Assembly (NCBI RefSeq): GCF_006345805.1
Contig: NC_043001.1
Location: forward strand, 32,798,001 to 32,862,000
Length of the DNA: 64,000 nt
Direction: 5' to 3'
From: Octopus sinensis
Lineage: Eukaryota
Positions 1 to 14,091 of this stretch are shown here, in pieces; position 1 is the stretch's first letter, and the number at the start of each line of letters is the position of its first letter. A model generated the notes under the pieces. It was given only the letters and a program-made list of their open reading frames with translations. It did no database searches and was not told where the DNA came from. The position numbers and the translations under genes were made by a program.

Positions 1-300
1 TCAGAGATTCTCCCCCAGAACAACACCACTTAACCAAGGCACAACCTCGTTCTGGGTCACTCAGATATTCATTGCAACGAAGGCGACAAGGAACAAAGTA
101 CTGATTCAATAAGAAGGGAGAGAAAAAGTAAAAGTAAAAGAAAGGGACCAAATAAAACTGCCCTCTCAAAACGCTGAGACGTTTGAAGAGAGAACGGTTG
201 CGGTACAGTATGAGCAAGTAGTAAGGTAAGCGGGTGAAAGGTACGAGGTGTGGTCAGCGTGGTCTTCATAAGCATGCACGTCCCAATACCGCATTACCCA

Positions 301-530
301 TTTCTTTACTGCCCACAAGGGGCTACACATAGAGGGGACAAACAAGGACATACAAATGGATTAAGTCGATTATATCGACCCCAGCACGTAACTGGTACTT
401 ATTTAATCGACCCCGAAACGATGAAAGGCAAAGTCGGCCTCGGCAGAATTTGAACCCAGAACCCAACGGCAGACGAAATACCGCTAAGCATTTCGCCCGG
501 CGTGCTAACGTTTCTGCCAGCTCGCCACCT
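301..530 (-). mobile_element. tRNA-derived SINE, family 1 (tail variant A)
   Basis: Reverse complement of the recurring head GGCGAGCTGGCAGAAACGTTAGCACGCCGGGCG...GAGTTCAAATTCC (A/B-box-like) with tail ...GCCCCTTGTGGGCAGTAAAGAAA; many homologues in the window. Confidence 0.85.
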
Positions 531-690
531 TCAAAATACCGCACTACCACCATCACTTAAATCACTAAGAAAGCACAGTCCTCAACGGCTACAATTGTCT
601 CTATTATTGAACTACTAGTTTTAATATGAAGGAGAGCCAGAACGGAAAAAAAGATTACCCAAAACTAGCATATAAATTATATATACATAA

Positions 691-813
691 GAGACCGATA
701 GAATAAGTACTGGGCTTACAAAGAATAAGTCCCGGGGTCGATTTGCTCGACTAAAGGCGGTGCTCCAGCATGGCCACAGTCAAATGACTGAAACAAGTAA
801 AAGAGTAAAAGAG
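691..813 (+). mobile_element. SINE family 2, 3' fragment
   Basis: Matches 3' end of full copies at 11769 and 34388 (GAGACCGATAGAATAAGTACT...GGTGCTCCAGCATGGCC...GTAAAAGAG). Confidence 0.8.
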
Positions 814-947
814 AATACATTTTTACATGCGTATACAGACCCCCCCACACAGAGATATATACAAATACACACACACATACAAATGCATACATACACATAT
901 ATATGTCTAAATATATTTTGATGAAGGAAGCAGAACTTATTGTAATA

Positions 948-1180
948 CAGTAATCCTTCGCCATATTGCGAATCACTTATCGCGGTTCACTTATCGCGGT
1001 TCACTTATCGCGGTTCACCTATCGCGGTTTATTATTTAAGCTTACGTCGATTCCTCCGCGGTATTGTTTCGTATTTAGAATAAAATAGATATATACAAAT
1101 TATGAATAAAAGAAATATATAGTAGAGTACTGATTTCTACTTCGCGGATTTCCACCTATCGCAGGAGGTTTTGGAACGTA
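948..1180 (+). mobile_element. pogo/Tigger-like MITE, right end lost in a microsatellite; 4x 14-bp tandem TCACTTATCGCGGT at 973-1028
   Basis: TA|CAGTAATCCTTCG left end matches the TIR of the complete copy at 45338-46164; internal blocks shared. Confidence 0.65.
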
Positions 1181-1346
1181 TGTATGTATGTATGTATGTA
1201 TGTAGGTAGGTAGGTAGGTAGGTAGGTAGGTAGGTATGTATGTATAGATAAAGTGTGTAGTTTCCCCACAATTGACCGGTGCACATATTTTTAATCGCCT
1301 GTCGGAATTCCCCACTATATTCGTATATATTTACGAATTATGCTTA

Positions 1347-1445
<99 letters not shown>

Positions 1446-2167
1446 GGGCATGTCTATACAACCACACATTAGATTATGCCTGCATGTCTAACTTTTGTTT
1501 GTAGCAAACAAACGAACTAGCTGCCGCTAATATAATTCATAACACCCCTCTATTATCACACAAACAGTAAAACTACTACCAACAGCTCCCCCGTCCAAAA
1601 CCATCACCACCACCACTATCACCACCACCATCACCACTAATCCTAGAGTAACTTTACCACTTTTCACAACAGCAACATCCACTACTACTATTACAACAAG
1701 AACTTCAACAGCAATAAATCGAAAATTTAAAAAAATGAAAGCCAAAATAATGTAAATATAAATTTACAAGGGAAGCCGAAAGAAAATAAATAAATAAGCT
1801 AACCCACCATTAAATGCGATGGTATCTGCTCAAACTATCGATTTATTGATAATTGAAGTGATTAAAAAAAGAATCAATGGTAATTATAAGCACTCAACTC
1901 TTGTCATTCGTTCTGTTAGGTTTCGATCTATTGCTAACTGGTGAGGGCTAATGTAATAAAAATCTGTCAACATCACTCGGACTCCATAACACTTCTTTCC
2001 CCGACGTTTACATGTTTACTGTAGAAACCTTGTTTGGATTTCTCTCGCTTTTTTATGTTGCTTTGGTTGTTGTCGTCCGCTGATATTGAAGTTATTTATT
2101 TATTTATTTATTTTTTTGTTGTTGTTTTTTTTCACTTAGTACGTGGTTTGTTTTTGATAAATTTTTT

Positions 2168-2548
2168 TTCTACTCTAGGTACAAGGCCCGAATTTTTTTG
2201 GAAGTGGGAGTCGATTAGATCGACCCCAGTACACAACTGGTTCTTAAATTATCGACCTCAGCAGAATTTGAACTCAGAATGTAACCGCTAAGCATTTCGC
2301 CCAGCGGGCTAACGTTTCTTATTTCTTTACCACCCACAAGGAGCTAAAAACAGAGAGGACAAACAAGGACAGACAAACGGATTAAGTCGATTATATCGAC
2401 CCCCAGCGCTTAACTGGTACTTATTTAATCGACTTCGAAAGGATTAAAGGCAAAGTCGACCTCGGTGGAATTTGAACTCATAATGTAACGGCAGACGAAA
2501 TACGGCTACGCATTTCGCCCAGCGTGCTAACGTTTCTGCCAGCTCGCC
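2168..2548 (-). mobile_element. SINE family 1 composite (tail-A copy followed by a partial tail-B copy)
   Basis: Homology to other family-1 copies. Confidence 0.8.
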
Positions 2549-3354
2549 AGATGCAAGATTCTTACTGTTATTGCTGTTGTGGTCGTCGTCGCACATGTAG
2601 CCGTCCCCATCGTCCCCATCATCATCATCATCGTCGTGGTTTAACCCCACGTTAGCCCTGATCAAGCAGAAAGCATTTTACGGGCAAAACTATTCCAGCC
2701 GAGATCATCCCATCTTTCTCCCAAGTACAACGAACGCAGGACAATATTATCCAGCATACCGTCTTTTTGAAGACGCTAGAGGAAGATTTAGCTGTTATTT
2801 CTAGCAGGTGAAGAGCAGGTGGTAATGTTATTAGATGTTCCAGGTTTCGGTTATATCAGTATTAGTAGTGTTGTAGAAATGATGGCAGTGATGATGGTGC
2901 TACAGATAGTGATGGTGATGGTGGCCGTGGTTGTAATGGTATTAATAAAGGTGATGGTGGTGATATGGTAGTGATTATATTAACTGTGGCGGGATACTTT
3001 TGATGTAATTATTATCGGTAGTGGTGGTAGTGATGATGACAGTAGTGTTGCACTGATGTCCTTGTTGTTGCTGGTGGTGGTGGGGGTGGTGTGGGGCAGT
3101 AATAATATTCTTATTGGAGCTGGCAAAGGCGGTGAATTGGCAGAATCGTTAGCACACCGAGCGTAAAGTTTAGCGGTATTTCGAGAGATGTGGAAATACT
3201 ACTGTTGTCCTCTTCTTCCAATCACGACTCACGCCATTAACCACAAAAATAATCTCTAATTCGACCCTACTCTGTGCTACTAAGAATGCGTGAGGCAACT
3301 TGAAGATCCACCCACCGCACGCGATAGACTGGCGGTTGCATGGGCGCGAAAGCT

Positions 3355-3673
3355 ACGTTGTTATCCTCATTCTGTAAACGGTGGCTTTTAACGGGTGGAG
3401 AGCTGAACCATCCTGGGGTACAGAGGATTCACAATCTAGACTAGGGTCTGAGAGTTTACCACACCATGGGTCCTCTGCTTTGTGGCAGAAATAGGAAGAA
3501 AGAGTGAGAGAAAGTTGTGGTGAAATAGTACAGCGGTGTTCACCCTCACCCCACATCGGAGCCTCGTGGAGCTTAGGTGTTTTTGCTCAATAAACACTCA
3601 CAATCCCCGGGATCGAAACCGCGTTCTTACGACCGCGAGTCCGCTGCCCTAACCACTGGGCCATTGCGCCCCC
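3355..3673 (-). mobile_element. tRNA-derived SINE, family 3
   Basis: Minus-strand head GCGCAATGGCCCAGTGGTTAGGGCAGCGGACTCGCGGTCGTAAGAACGCGGTTTCGATCCCGGGG with A and B boxes, followed by a non-tRNA body. Confidence 0.7.
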
Positions 3674-4126
3674 ACACTGCTGTTGTTGTGAGGGCTGGTC
3701 ATCGTAACGAAATTGAATTTTATTTGTTTTCGGTAGTGGCCATAGAAATGAAATTAATGATGGCTGTTGATGGTAGTGAAGGTGGTGGTAAGATGAAGAC
3801 AGTCATGATAGGAAGAAATGTTGATGATGGTGTCATAATGGTAATGATGGGACGGGGGCGTTGTGGTTGATGGTGGAGGTGGTAGTGGTGGTTGTTGTAA
3901 TATGATGACGATGATAATGGTTAGGGTAGATGATGGTGGTGGTTGTGGTCATAGTGACGGTAGCGGTGATTGTGGTAATGTGATGGCAAGGGTGGTGGTG
4001 GTAGTGACGTAGTATAACAATGGTTAGTGCAGATGGTGTGTTGATGGTGGTGGTGGTCCTGTTTGTGGTGGTGGTGATGATAATGTCGGTTGTACCGGTG
4101 GTGGTAACGTGGTGATCATTGTGAAC

Positions 4127-4179
<53 letters not shown>

Positions 4180-4204
4180 AGTAGTAGTAGTAGTAGTAGT
4201 GGTG

Positions 4205-4282
<78 letters not shown>

Positions 4283-4283
4283 T
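4127..4283. repeat. (GTA)n/(GTG)n microsatellite
   Basis: Direct reading. Confidence 0.95.
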
Positions 4284-4399
4284 TCATTATAACGCTCGTC
4301 ATGTTATACGTTTACTTTTAGTTTTTAATTCCTCTATTTAAATTGTCTTTTTGATGTTCTTTCCACTCAATGCAAATTTAATGTTTCATCTAGTCATTG

Positions 4400-6100
4400 T
4401 TGATGTTGCTGCTACCGCCTACACTGCTGCCACCGCTGCCAGTGCAACCACCGCTACTGCTTTCACCACCACCACTGCTGCCGCCGCCACTGCTGCCGCC
4501 ATCACTGCTGCCGCCACCATTGCTACCGCCGCCACTACTGCCGCATTCACTACAACCACATTCACTGCCACCACATTACTTTCACCATTCACTGCTGTCA
4601 CCACCACTGCTGCCGCCACCACCATTGCTACCGCCGCCACTGCTGCCGCCGCCACTGCTGCTGCCGCCATCATTGCTGCCGCCGCCACTACTGCCGCATT
4701 CACTACAACCACATTCACTGCCACCACGTTACTTTCACCATTCACTGCTGTCACCACCACTGCTGCCGCCACCACTGCTGACGCCGCCACTACTGCCGCC
4801 GCCACTGCTGCCGCCAACATTGCTACCGCCGCCACTACTGCCGCATTCACTACAACCACATTCACTGCCACCACATTACTTTCACCATTCACTGCTGTCA
4901 CCACCACTGCTGCCGCCACCACTGCTGCCGCCATCACTGCTGCCGCCGCCAGTACTGCCGCCGCCACTGCTGCCGCCGCCACTGCTGCCGCCGCCACCAT
5001 TGCTACCGCCGCCTCTGCTGCCGCATTCACTACAACCACATTCACTGCCACCACGTTACTTTCACCATTCACTGCTGTCACCACCACTGCTGCCGCCACC
5101 ACTGCTGACGCCGCCACTACTGCCGCCGCCACTGCTGCCGCCAACATTGCTACCGCCGCCACTACTGCCGCATTCACTACAACCACATTCACTGCCCCAC
5201 ATACTTTCACCATTCACTGCTGTCACCACCACTGCTGCCGCCACCACTGCTGACGCCGCCACTACTGCCGCCGCCACTGCTGCCGCCAACATTGCTACCG
5301 CCGCCACTACTGCCGCATTCACTACAACCACATTCACTGCCACCACGTTACTTTCACCATTCACTGCTGTCACCACCACTGCTGCCGCCACCACTGCTGA
5401 CGCCGCCACTACTGCCGCCGCCACTGCTGCCGCCAACTTGCTACCGCCGCACTACTGCCGCATTCACTACAACCACATTCACTGCCACCACGTTACTTTC
5501 TCCATTCACTGCTGTCACCACCACTGCTGCCGCCACTGCTGACGCCGCCACTACTGCCGCCGCCACTGCTGCCGCCAACATTGCTACCGCCGCCACTACT
5601 GCCGCATTCACTACAACCACATTCACTGCCACCACGTTACTTTCACCATTCACTGCTGTCACCACCACTGCTGCCGCCACCACTGCTGCCGCCATCACTG
5701 CTGCCGCCGCCACTACTGCCGCCACTGCTGCCGCCACCATTGCTACCGCCGCCACTACTGCCGCATTCACTACAACCACATTCACTGCCACCACATTACT
5801 TTCACCATTCACTGCTGTCACCACCACTACTGCCGCCACCACTGCTGCCGCCACCACTGCTGCCGCCACCACTGCTGCCGCCGCCACCATTGCTGCCGCC
5901 GCCGCCTCTGCTGCCGCATTCACTACAACCACATTCACTGCCACCACATTACTTTCACCATTCACTGCTGTCACCACCACTGCTGCCGCCACCACTGCTG
6001 CCGCCACCACTGCTGCCGCCACCACTGCTGCCGCCACCACTGCTACCGCCACCACTGATGCCGCCACCACTGCTGCCACCACCACTACTGCCGCCGTCAC
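4400..6100. repeat. Complex minisatellite: 10 units of ~144-180 bp, constant anchor plus variable GCC/ACT/ACC triplet runs
   Basis: Anchor GCATTCACTACAACCACATTCACTGCCACC at about 4543, 4696, 4843, 5023, 5170, 5315, 5460, 5604, 5763, 5916. Confidence 0.95.
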
Positions 6101-6544
6101 TGTTGTTCTTATTTTTGTTCTCGTACTAGTTGAAAGGTTTATTCTTTCACAAATTATTTATATTTGTGTCATTATGGCGTGTCTGATTCTTGTTCATGTT
6201 AGTTTCTTTATTTTTCATCGTCTATAATTCGTTCATTTTGCTATAAAGTTTCACAATTTTACCTTATATGTTTCTTGTTATTTCTATTATATTTTGAATT
6301 TAGATATTGTTTATTTTTTATTATATTTTAATTGTTGAATTTTATAAGACATATTTATTTATTCAAATTTAATTAATGTTTTAATTTCTTTACTACCTGA
6401 AAGTTTTAATGAAATGCTTTAGAAGAAAAATCTTAAAAAAAAACCCGGAAATAACAACAATTGGAAAATAACGATGTGATGACAACAACGGCGTCGACGT
6501 AATTTTTTATTTTTTAAATACATAAAAATCCTCAGATATTATCA

Positions 6545-6576
<32 letters not shown>

Positions 6577-6727
6577 TATATATATATATAACGATTCCTG
6601 GTAGTAGAAAGGAGGAGAATATTCTGTTGGCTAATTTAATCAAGCCTGGTGTAACAAGCTAATGCCAACGGAAGAGGTGAAGGAGAAGTTCTCCCTGAAG
6701 TCACACGATTTGCTAAAAAATAACAGC

Positions 6728-7067
6728 AAGAAGAAGAAAAAGAAGAAGAAGAAGAAGAAGAAGAAGGAGGAGGAGGAGGAGGAGGAGAAAGAGAAGAAGA
6801 AAAAGAAGTAGGAGGAGAAGGAGGAGGAGAAGAAGGAGGAGGAAGAGGAGAAGGAGAAGGAGAAGAAAAAGAAGAAGAAAAAGGAGAAGAAGAAGAAGAA
6901 GAAGGAGGAGGAGGAGGGAGAAGAAGAATGAGGAGGAGGAGGAGAAGAAGAAGAAGAAGAAGAAGAAGGAGGAGGTGGAGGAGGAGGAGAAGAAGAAGAA
7001 GAAGAAGAAGAAGAAGAAGAAGAAGAAGAGAAGAAGAAGAACAACAACAACAACAACAACAACAACA
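6728..7067. repeat. (GAA)n/(GGA)n purine tract ending in (CAA)n
   Basis: Direct reading. Confidence 0.95.
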
Positions 7068-7225
7068 AGAACCTATGTCTGCTGCTCCTTCGTACGGAAC
7101 TTAAAACCGGCATAAAGTGACTTATAACCTTGAAGTATTCAATCGATAAAAGTAAATAGTTGTTAAATGTCGATTTAACTCCCCACCCGAGCCCGTACAT
7201 TTCGCTACATGATAGTCATCTTAGA

Positions 7226-7510
7226 AGGCGATGAGCTGGCAGAAACGTTAGCACGCCGGTCGAAATGCTTAGCGGTATTTCGTCTGCCGTTACGTTCTAA
7301 GTTCAAATTTCGTCGAGGCCGACTTTGCCTTTCATCCTTTCGGGATGGATAAATTAAGTACCATTTACGCACTGGGGTCGAAATAATCGACTTAATCCGT
7401 TTGTCTGTCCTTGTTTGTCCTCTTTGTGTTTAGCCCCTTGTGAGTGGTAATGAAATATGTATTTCGTCTTTGTTTACTTACTGAGTTCAAATTCCGCCGA
7501 GGTCGACTTC
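7226..7510 (+). mobile_element. SINE family 1 (tail A) plus adjacent internal SINE fragment
   Basis: Full head to tail, then restart at GTATTTCGTC. Confidence 0.85.
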
Positions 7511-9058
7511 ATACACACACACACACACACACATATGTACGTATGTATATGTATATATAAAATGCTGAGCACACATTTTGTACAAGTATCCAGCTGTTCG
7601 AACCCTTTTCTTGGTACTTTTCCTTACTGTTTAGCTTCCCAGAGCTTCGGTGAAAATTCCCCAAGTTATAAAGTTTTACTGTTGACGTTAGTGCAATTTT
7701 CTTTTTGGGTTATATCTAGCCGTGACGCATTGTTTTCCTTCCAGATGTAATACCAACTTCATTTAAAACTTCGTGAGAAAAGACTCATTTTCCGAAGACA
7801 GTTTTCTCTCTCATCCAGTACATTGCAGATTAGAAACAAACTTGTGTCAAATACTAGTTTATTGAAGTAATCTTTTTTGTATAATAATATTTTTCCCTCA
7901 ACATCCTCAGTTCATGTTTTGAAGCCTCTAATTTTCCCTCGGGAGTTTGAAGTCTATAATCTCTCCATACATTTTAGTCAATTTTTCTATAAGAAGTAGT
8001 TGTTCTGCTGTGAACTTAATATTTACCTTACACTTTATTACAGTATATAAATAACCGATTCTGCAGCGAGGCTTGTTGATATTTTCTTCTAGTTTTATTA
8101 TCTATATTGGCTGTTTACGTTATATCATTACCACGTGCACAGCAGGGTTCCTCTAGCAATCAGAATGATAGCTACTATATACAATCAAGTATTGATTATC
8201 CAAGACGTGTTATCACATACTTTTCTATAGTCTCAAGTGATATTTACAATAACATTTTAACATTAATGTGGGTTTTTTCTAGCTCCCGTCTAAAAGGGTT
8301 TGTTATTTAATAATAGCTTAGAGAAATTGGAGAAGATATTTTCAAACTGAAGTTCTCAAATGCATCTTAGCTGTCTGCATTGCTTAGTCGTTTCTGTCTC
8401 ATCGCTTACAAACGGGTAGACATGTAAATTACATCATGATTGCGATGGTAGTGGCGTCGGTAATTCGCTTATATTTTATGGCTTACTTCTATGGCGGATT
8501 TTAACTGGTCATCAGAAAATTTACAAAGCTTAGAAAAGCAATTGTCCTCTGTAACAATAATTTTTCGGGAAAAGAAAGATGCATGTTGTTGGAGCTATTA
8601 ACTGTCTTTTAAATTTCGCTAAAATCTTCCCCAGTAGTTTTGTTTTTAACTGCTTTGTATGGGCAATGTAATGATTTTCGTGAGCTTATTGGAAGCAATA
8701 AAGTAAATTTTGGATTAGTTGAAAAAGAGAAAATGAAATAAAATAAACATTTATACCGCCGTCTTAAACAGACTACAGATCTGATAATACTTTTCCCTGT
8801 CGATATTGGTGTTGCCATTATCAATGTCGACCATGATCTTAAAAATGAAATCCAGTTTAGTAAGATGTATTTCTTTATAATCCGGTTAGAATAATACTAA
8901 GATATGGGGTAACAGGTCATTGCCAATTACTAAGTGTATTGTGGTAAGATCGGTATGATCGCAACAAATTTCAAACAAACACTATAAAACAAATTCCCCT
9001 ATGATTGCACGTTTGTTGTTGAATGTAAGATCTTTGAATGCTTGCATGTATGTCTTTA

Positions 9059-9210
9059 TGTTCTGAGTTCAAATTCCGCCGCGGTCGACTTTGCCTTTCA
9101 TTCTTTAGGAGTCGATAAATTAAGTACCAGTTGCATACTAGGATCGATCTAATCGACAAGCCTCCTCCCCAGAAATTCCGGGCCATGTGCCTAGAGTAGA
9201 AAAGAATAAT
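9059..9210 (+). mobile_element. SINE family 1, 5'-truncated, tail B
   Basis: Homology to the 30536 and 59695 copies. Confidence 0.75.
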
Positions 9211-9318
9211 CATCTTCAGTTAAACGTGGGTGTTCTATTTGAACAAACTTTACTTTATAATAGAATATCCACATTTGGGGGTAAATATTCTCTCTCGTTA
9301 TTAATACTACTTCGGTTG

Positions 9319-9616
<298 letters not shown>

Positions 9617-10254
9617 TAAAAATTTTAATCTTTTCTCAAGCAACACCATGACGAACCTTTAGCGTAAGTAATGCCCATCTACGGCATCGATACCTATAAC
9701 ACAACCAGCAATGACTTGATTCATATATCGAGCAATATTTTTACATCCATTATGAGAACAACTACTGCCTTCGCCATATTTTAAATCGCTGAAAAACTAT
9801 TATAAGAATACAAGAAGAAAAGAATGAACAATACAAAGAAACGGAACGTAAACGTTGTAATGAAATTAAATGGAGAGAAACTCATGAAGCAAATATTAAA
9901 AAAAACTAAACTAAATTCGTTGTGTGCACGTGGTGTGTGTGTGTGTGTGTGTGCGTGTGTGTGTGTATAAGTGAGTGAGTGTGTGGAGGTGAGGGGGTGA
10001 GTGTGCGTGTGTATTGTGTGCGCGTGCGTGGGAAGATTTATTTCTTCAGTGACTAACTCACACACACAAACACACACACACACACGCACATACACACATG
10101 CACACACTTATGCACTCACGCACACACACATATTTATATATGTGTGTGTATGTGTATGTGTGTGCATGTGTGTGTATGAATGCATGTATATGTATACATA
10201 TATGTGCTTATAGTTATATATGCGTAAGTATATATATATATATATATATATATA

Positions 10255-10478
10255 TTTCTTTACTACCCACAAGGGGCTAAACACAGAGGGGACAAACAAG
10301 GACAGACAAAGGGATTAAGTCGGCTACATCGACCCCAGTGCGTAACTGGTACTTAATTTATCGACCCCGAAAGGATGAAAGGCAAAGTCGACCTCGGCGG
10401 AATTTGAACTCGGAACGTAACGACAGACGAAATACGGCTACGAATTTCGCCCGGCGTGCTAACGTTTCTACCAGCTCG
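10255..10478 (-). mobile_element. SINE family 1 (tail A)
   Basis: Near-complete homology to other copies. Confidence 0.85.
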
Positions 10479-10490
10479 TATATGTGTATG

Positions 10491-10535
<45 letters not shown>

Positions 10536-10594
10536 GTGTATTTATATATATATATATATATATATTTATTATATATATATATATATATATTTAT

Positions 10595-10639
<45 letters not shown>

Positions 10640-11540
10640 TATAAATACACACATACATACACACACACACCCACATATATATATATATACATATATACAC
10701 ACACATGCACGAATACATACAAACCCACATGCATATGTAGTTCTTAAAGGAATTCGATTAATTGTTTATAAAGTCAGGTTTCTATTTTTTAAATTTTTTA
10801 TCTCAAGAGATGAACTTTCCAAAGAAAAGGAAAGTAAATGTTTTTCTCTCCTTCATCGGTCTCTTGTATTTTTCTCTCTCTTAACATTTTTCCATCTCTC
10901 ACGCTCTCTTTCTCTTCTCACTTTACATGTGTGTGTAAGTGTGCTTTTGTGCGAGTGTGTGTATGTGTTTGTGCGTGTACCTGTGTGTATGTGCATGTGT
11001 CTGTGCATGTGTGTGTACGTATACATATTAGAAATTGATTCATAGGTCAATTTTCGTGCAGAGATTCTGATAAGAATCTCTGAATCTCTGCACGTGCGCA
11101 TGCGTCGTTTTAGAGACGGAAATAATTATTTATACATCTGCTTTCACACTTTGACTGTTCGCAATGCATGCTAAGGTTTCAGGATAAACGATGTAATATA
11201 AAATAACATAGTGTTAGATTTATTAAAAACAACCCAATCTGTGGCTGCACATTTTAATTGCCAAGTGAAAACGATATAAACAGATAGTCGTCTGCCACAT
11301 TCTACAGATACTAACCAATGTCATATGCCTCGCTTTTGCAATTTTGTGCTGCAAGCATCATACTGAACGTTTTGCCTAGTTTTTAAAATATAAAATATAA
11401 AAATCTTCAATCACTCCTACATGCATTTTATGAAATGCAGGGCGTCTGAAAAGTAACTATCTATTTTTAAAATTAAGAGAAATTTATACAAGAAAATTTT
11501 AAAAACTAAGAAATTTATGCAATAAAATTTTTAGACATCA

Positions 11541-11682
11541 GATGTGGCTGTGTGGTAAGAAGCTTGCCTCGCAACCATATGGTTCTGGGTTCAGCTCCAC
11601 TGCATCGCACCATGGGCAAGTGTCCTTTACTATAATTTCGAGTCAACCAAAGCCTTGTGAGTGGATTTGGTAGATGGAAACT
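11541..11682 (+). mobile_element. SINE family 2, 5' part
   Basis: TGTGGCTGTGTGGTAAG head, GGTTCAGCTCC B-box, GGGCAAGTGTC core. Confidence 0.75.
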
Positions 11683-11768
11683 AGTTTTGACTTTCATGAC
11701 TTACTCAATGAATATACTTCACGTTTTGCATGGGATGATAAAAGAAAAAGTTTGTAATTATAGGTGCA

Positions 11769-11900
11769 GGAGTGGCTGTGTGGTAAGTAGCCTGCTTACC
11801 AACCACATGGCACCTTGGGCAAGTGTCTTCTACTATAGCCTCGAGCAGACCAAAGCCTTGTGAATGGATTTGGTAGACGGAAACTAAAAGAAGCTCATCG

Positions 11901-11954
<54 letters not shown>

Positions 11955-12187
11955 TGTGTATGTGTTTGTGTAACTGTGTTTGTCCCCCTCAACATCGCCT
12001 GATAACCGATGCTGGTGTGTTTACGTCACCGCAACTTAGCGGTTCGGCAAAAGAGACCGATAGAATAAGTACTAGGCTTACAAAGTATAAGTCCTGGGGT
12101 CGATTTGCTTGACTAAAGGCGGTGCTCCAGCATGGTCACACTCAAATGACTGAAACAAGTAAAAGAGTAAAACAGAGAGTAAAAGAG
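11769..12187 (+). mobile_element. SINE family 2, full length with internal (TA)n(TG)n
   Basis: tRNA-like head, core CACCTTGGGCAAGTGTCTT, 3' tail (GTAAAAGA)n. Confidence 0.85.
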
Positions 12188-12978
12188 ATATTATGAGGCT
12201 CCGATACTTATGACTTACCCAAACGTCATTAAGGCATCGAGCTTGCAGACCCGTTAACAGAATCGTTTAGCGGCATTTCTGCTGGCTCTTTACGTTCTGA
12301 GTTCAAATTCCACCGATGTCGGCCTTTCGGGGCCGATAAATAAAATACCATTTAAGCAATTGTGTCAATGTAACCAGCTTACCGCTCCATCCCGCATACC
12401 CGTCAAAATTTCTGGCCTTGAATCTTGAAACGGACCGGCGTCCTGTTCAGGTAAATGTTTTGGTCTCGGTTACTAATACACCATGTAAACCGGTTAACTG
12501 GTCCTGTGAAAGCTAGGGCCAGAAAAAAAAAGCGTTGTATATGATCTGAAATTATTATACCAGGGATCTAAACTGAAACGTAATTTTGATATATTTTTTT
12601 CTATGGCAGTCACGGAAATGTGTATATGACTGTCGTTAACTCCCAGTTCTGATCGTGGACATGGAATAAAGAGCCAGCCGATTCCATAATTAAATGCGTT
12701 ATATTGATATCATTAAAGAGTTGATGTTAAGCAATACATTTAAGGCAAATCTCTGTAGCAGAACTCAGCTCTTTCTAAGCTAAAGAGCTAGAAATGCAAC
12801 GCCTTGAAATCTGATAGTGGACAACACTAGGCAGTATGGTGATTTTGTACCTTAAGACAGAATTTTTTCTTAATGATAACTGTAGTGAATTTGCCTTTAG
12901 AAGTTGAAATATGTCACAAGCATGCATGCATACATACATACATACATACATACATACATACATACATACATACATACA

Positions 12979-13015
<37 letters not shown>

Positions 13016-13113
13016 ACATACCTACATACATACGTACGTATGTACATGCATTCGTATCCATTGATTATAATATGCATTTACATACTAATTTTTTTTTCTG
13101 TCCTGACACCGTT

Positions 13114-13348
13114 TCTTATTTCTTTATTGCCCACAAGGGGTTAAACATACAGGAGACAAACAAAGACAGACAAAGGGATTAACTCGATTACATCGACCCC
13201 AGTGCGTAACTGGTCCTTAATTTATCGACCCCGAAAGGATGAAAGGCAAAGTCGACCTCGGCGGAATTTGAACTCAGAACGTAACGACAGGCGAAATACC
13301 GCTAAGCATTTTGCCCAGCGTGCTAACGTTTCTGTCAGCTCGCCGCCT
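13114..13348 (-). mobile_element. SINE family 1 (tail A)
   Basis: Homology to other copies. Confidence 0.85.
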
Positions 13349-13902
13349 TTTCTTCTGGCACCGTTTCTCTCTTTATGTCGCTTATTTTGTGGAAATATAA
13401 CTGTTTCTCAATGTCTGAGCGTATATAAAGGTGAAGAAAACACTGGCTAAAATTGACAAACATTATTACAACTAGAAATATGTTACGAACTAATTTAAGT
13501 AGCGAGTCTTTCCAGAATAGACAGCTCTAAGAACATTTACAAGTTTAAATTTGCCGAGAAAGACATTACTTTTTTTCACTCACATTAAATCTTAATTATT
13601 TGGTATAACATTTTGGTTCTTTTGGCACAAAGTGAGGAGATGTAAGATGGATGTTTAGGGAGAACGTTGTCATAAAATGGAGATTTCTAGAATGTAATCT
13701 CTTTGTGAATTGCGTGAAATATAACAATTTAACACTGTATAGGCTGTCTCGGCCAATTAAATGTATATAGTGGATGTCCACTGCTCAGCATCCACTTGTT
13801 CTCGTAATATGTCTATATGTTATATTGTCGGCCGTTATGGGAAACCGAGATATTTCTGAGTTCGCGTTGGTAAGTGAAGAAATAAACAATAACAGAAAGA
13901 GT

Positions 13903-13906
13903 GACG

Positions 13907-13956
<50 letters not shown>

Positions 13957-13999
13957 GTGGTGGTGGTGGTGATGATGATGATGATGGTGGTGGTGGTGA

Positions 14000-14033
<34 letters not shown>

Positions 14034-14059
14034 GGTGGTGATGATGGTGGTGGTGGTGA

Positions 14060-14091
<32 letters not shown>

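Noticed and set aside
1-260. Possible terminal exon at the window start
   Set aside because: Short open frames only, no recognisable domain, context cut off
3600-3673. tRNA gene
   Set aside because: tRNA-like head continues into a SINE body; no complete acceptor stem or terminator
6640-7200. 186-aa Ser/Phe/Pro ORF
   Set aside because: Antisense reading of a (GAA/GGA)n tract
8600-8900. Possible Penelope RT N-terminal motif (LKQTTDLIILFPVDIG)
   Set aside because: Only one weakly similar motif amid stops
11055-11094. 13-bp inverted repeat hairpin
   Set aside because: Isolated, contains a local duplication, no family or functional motif
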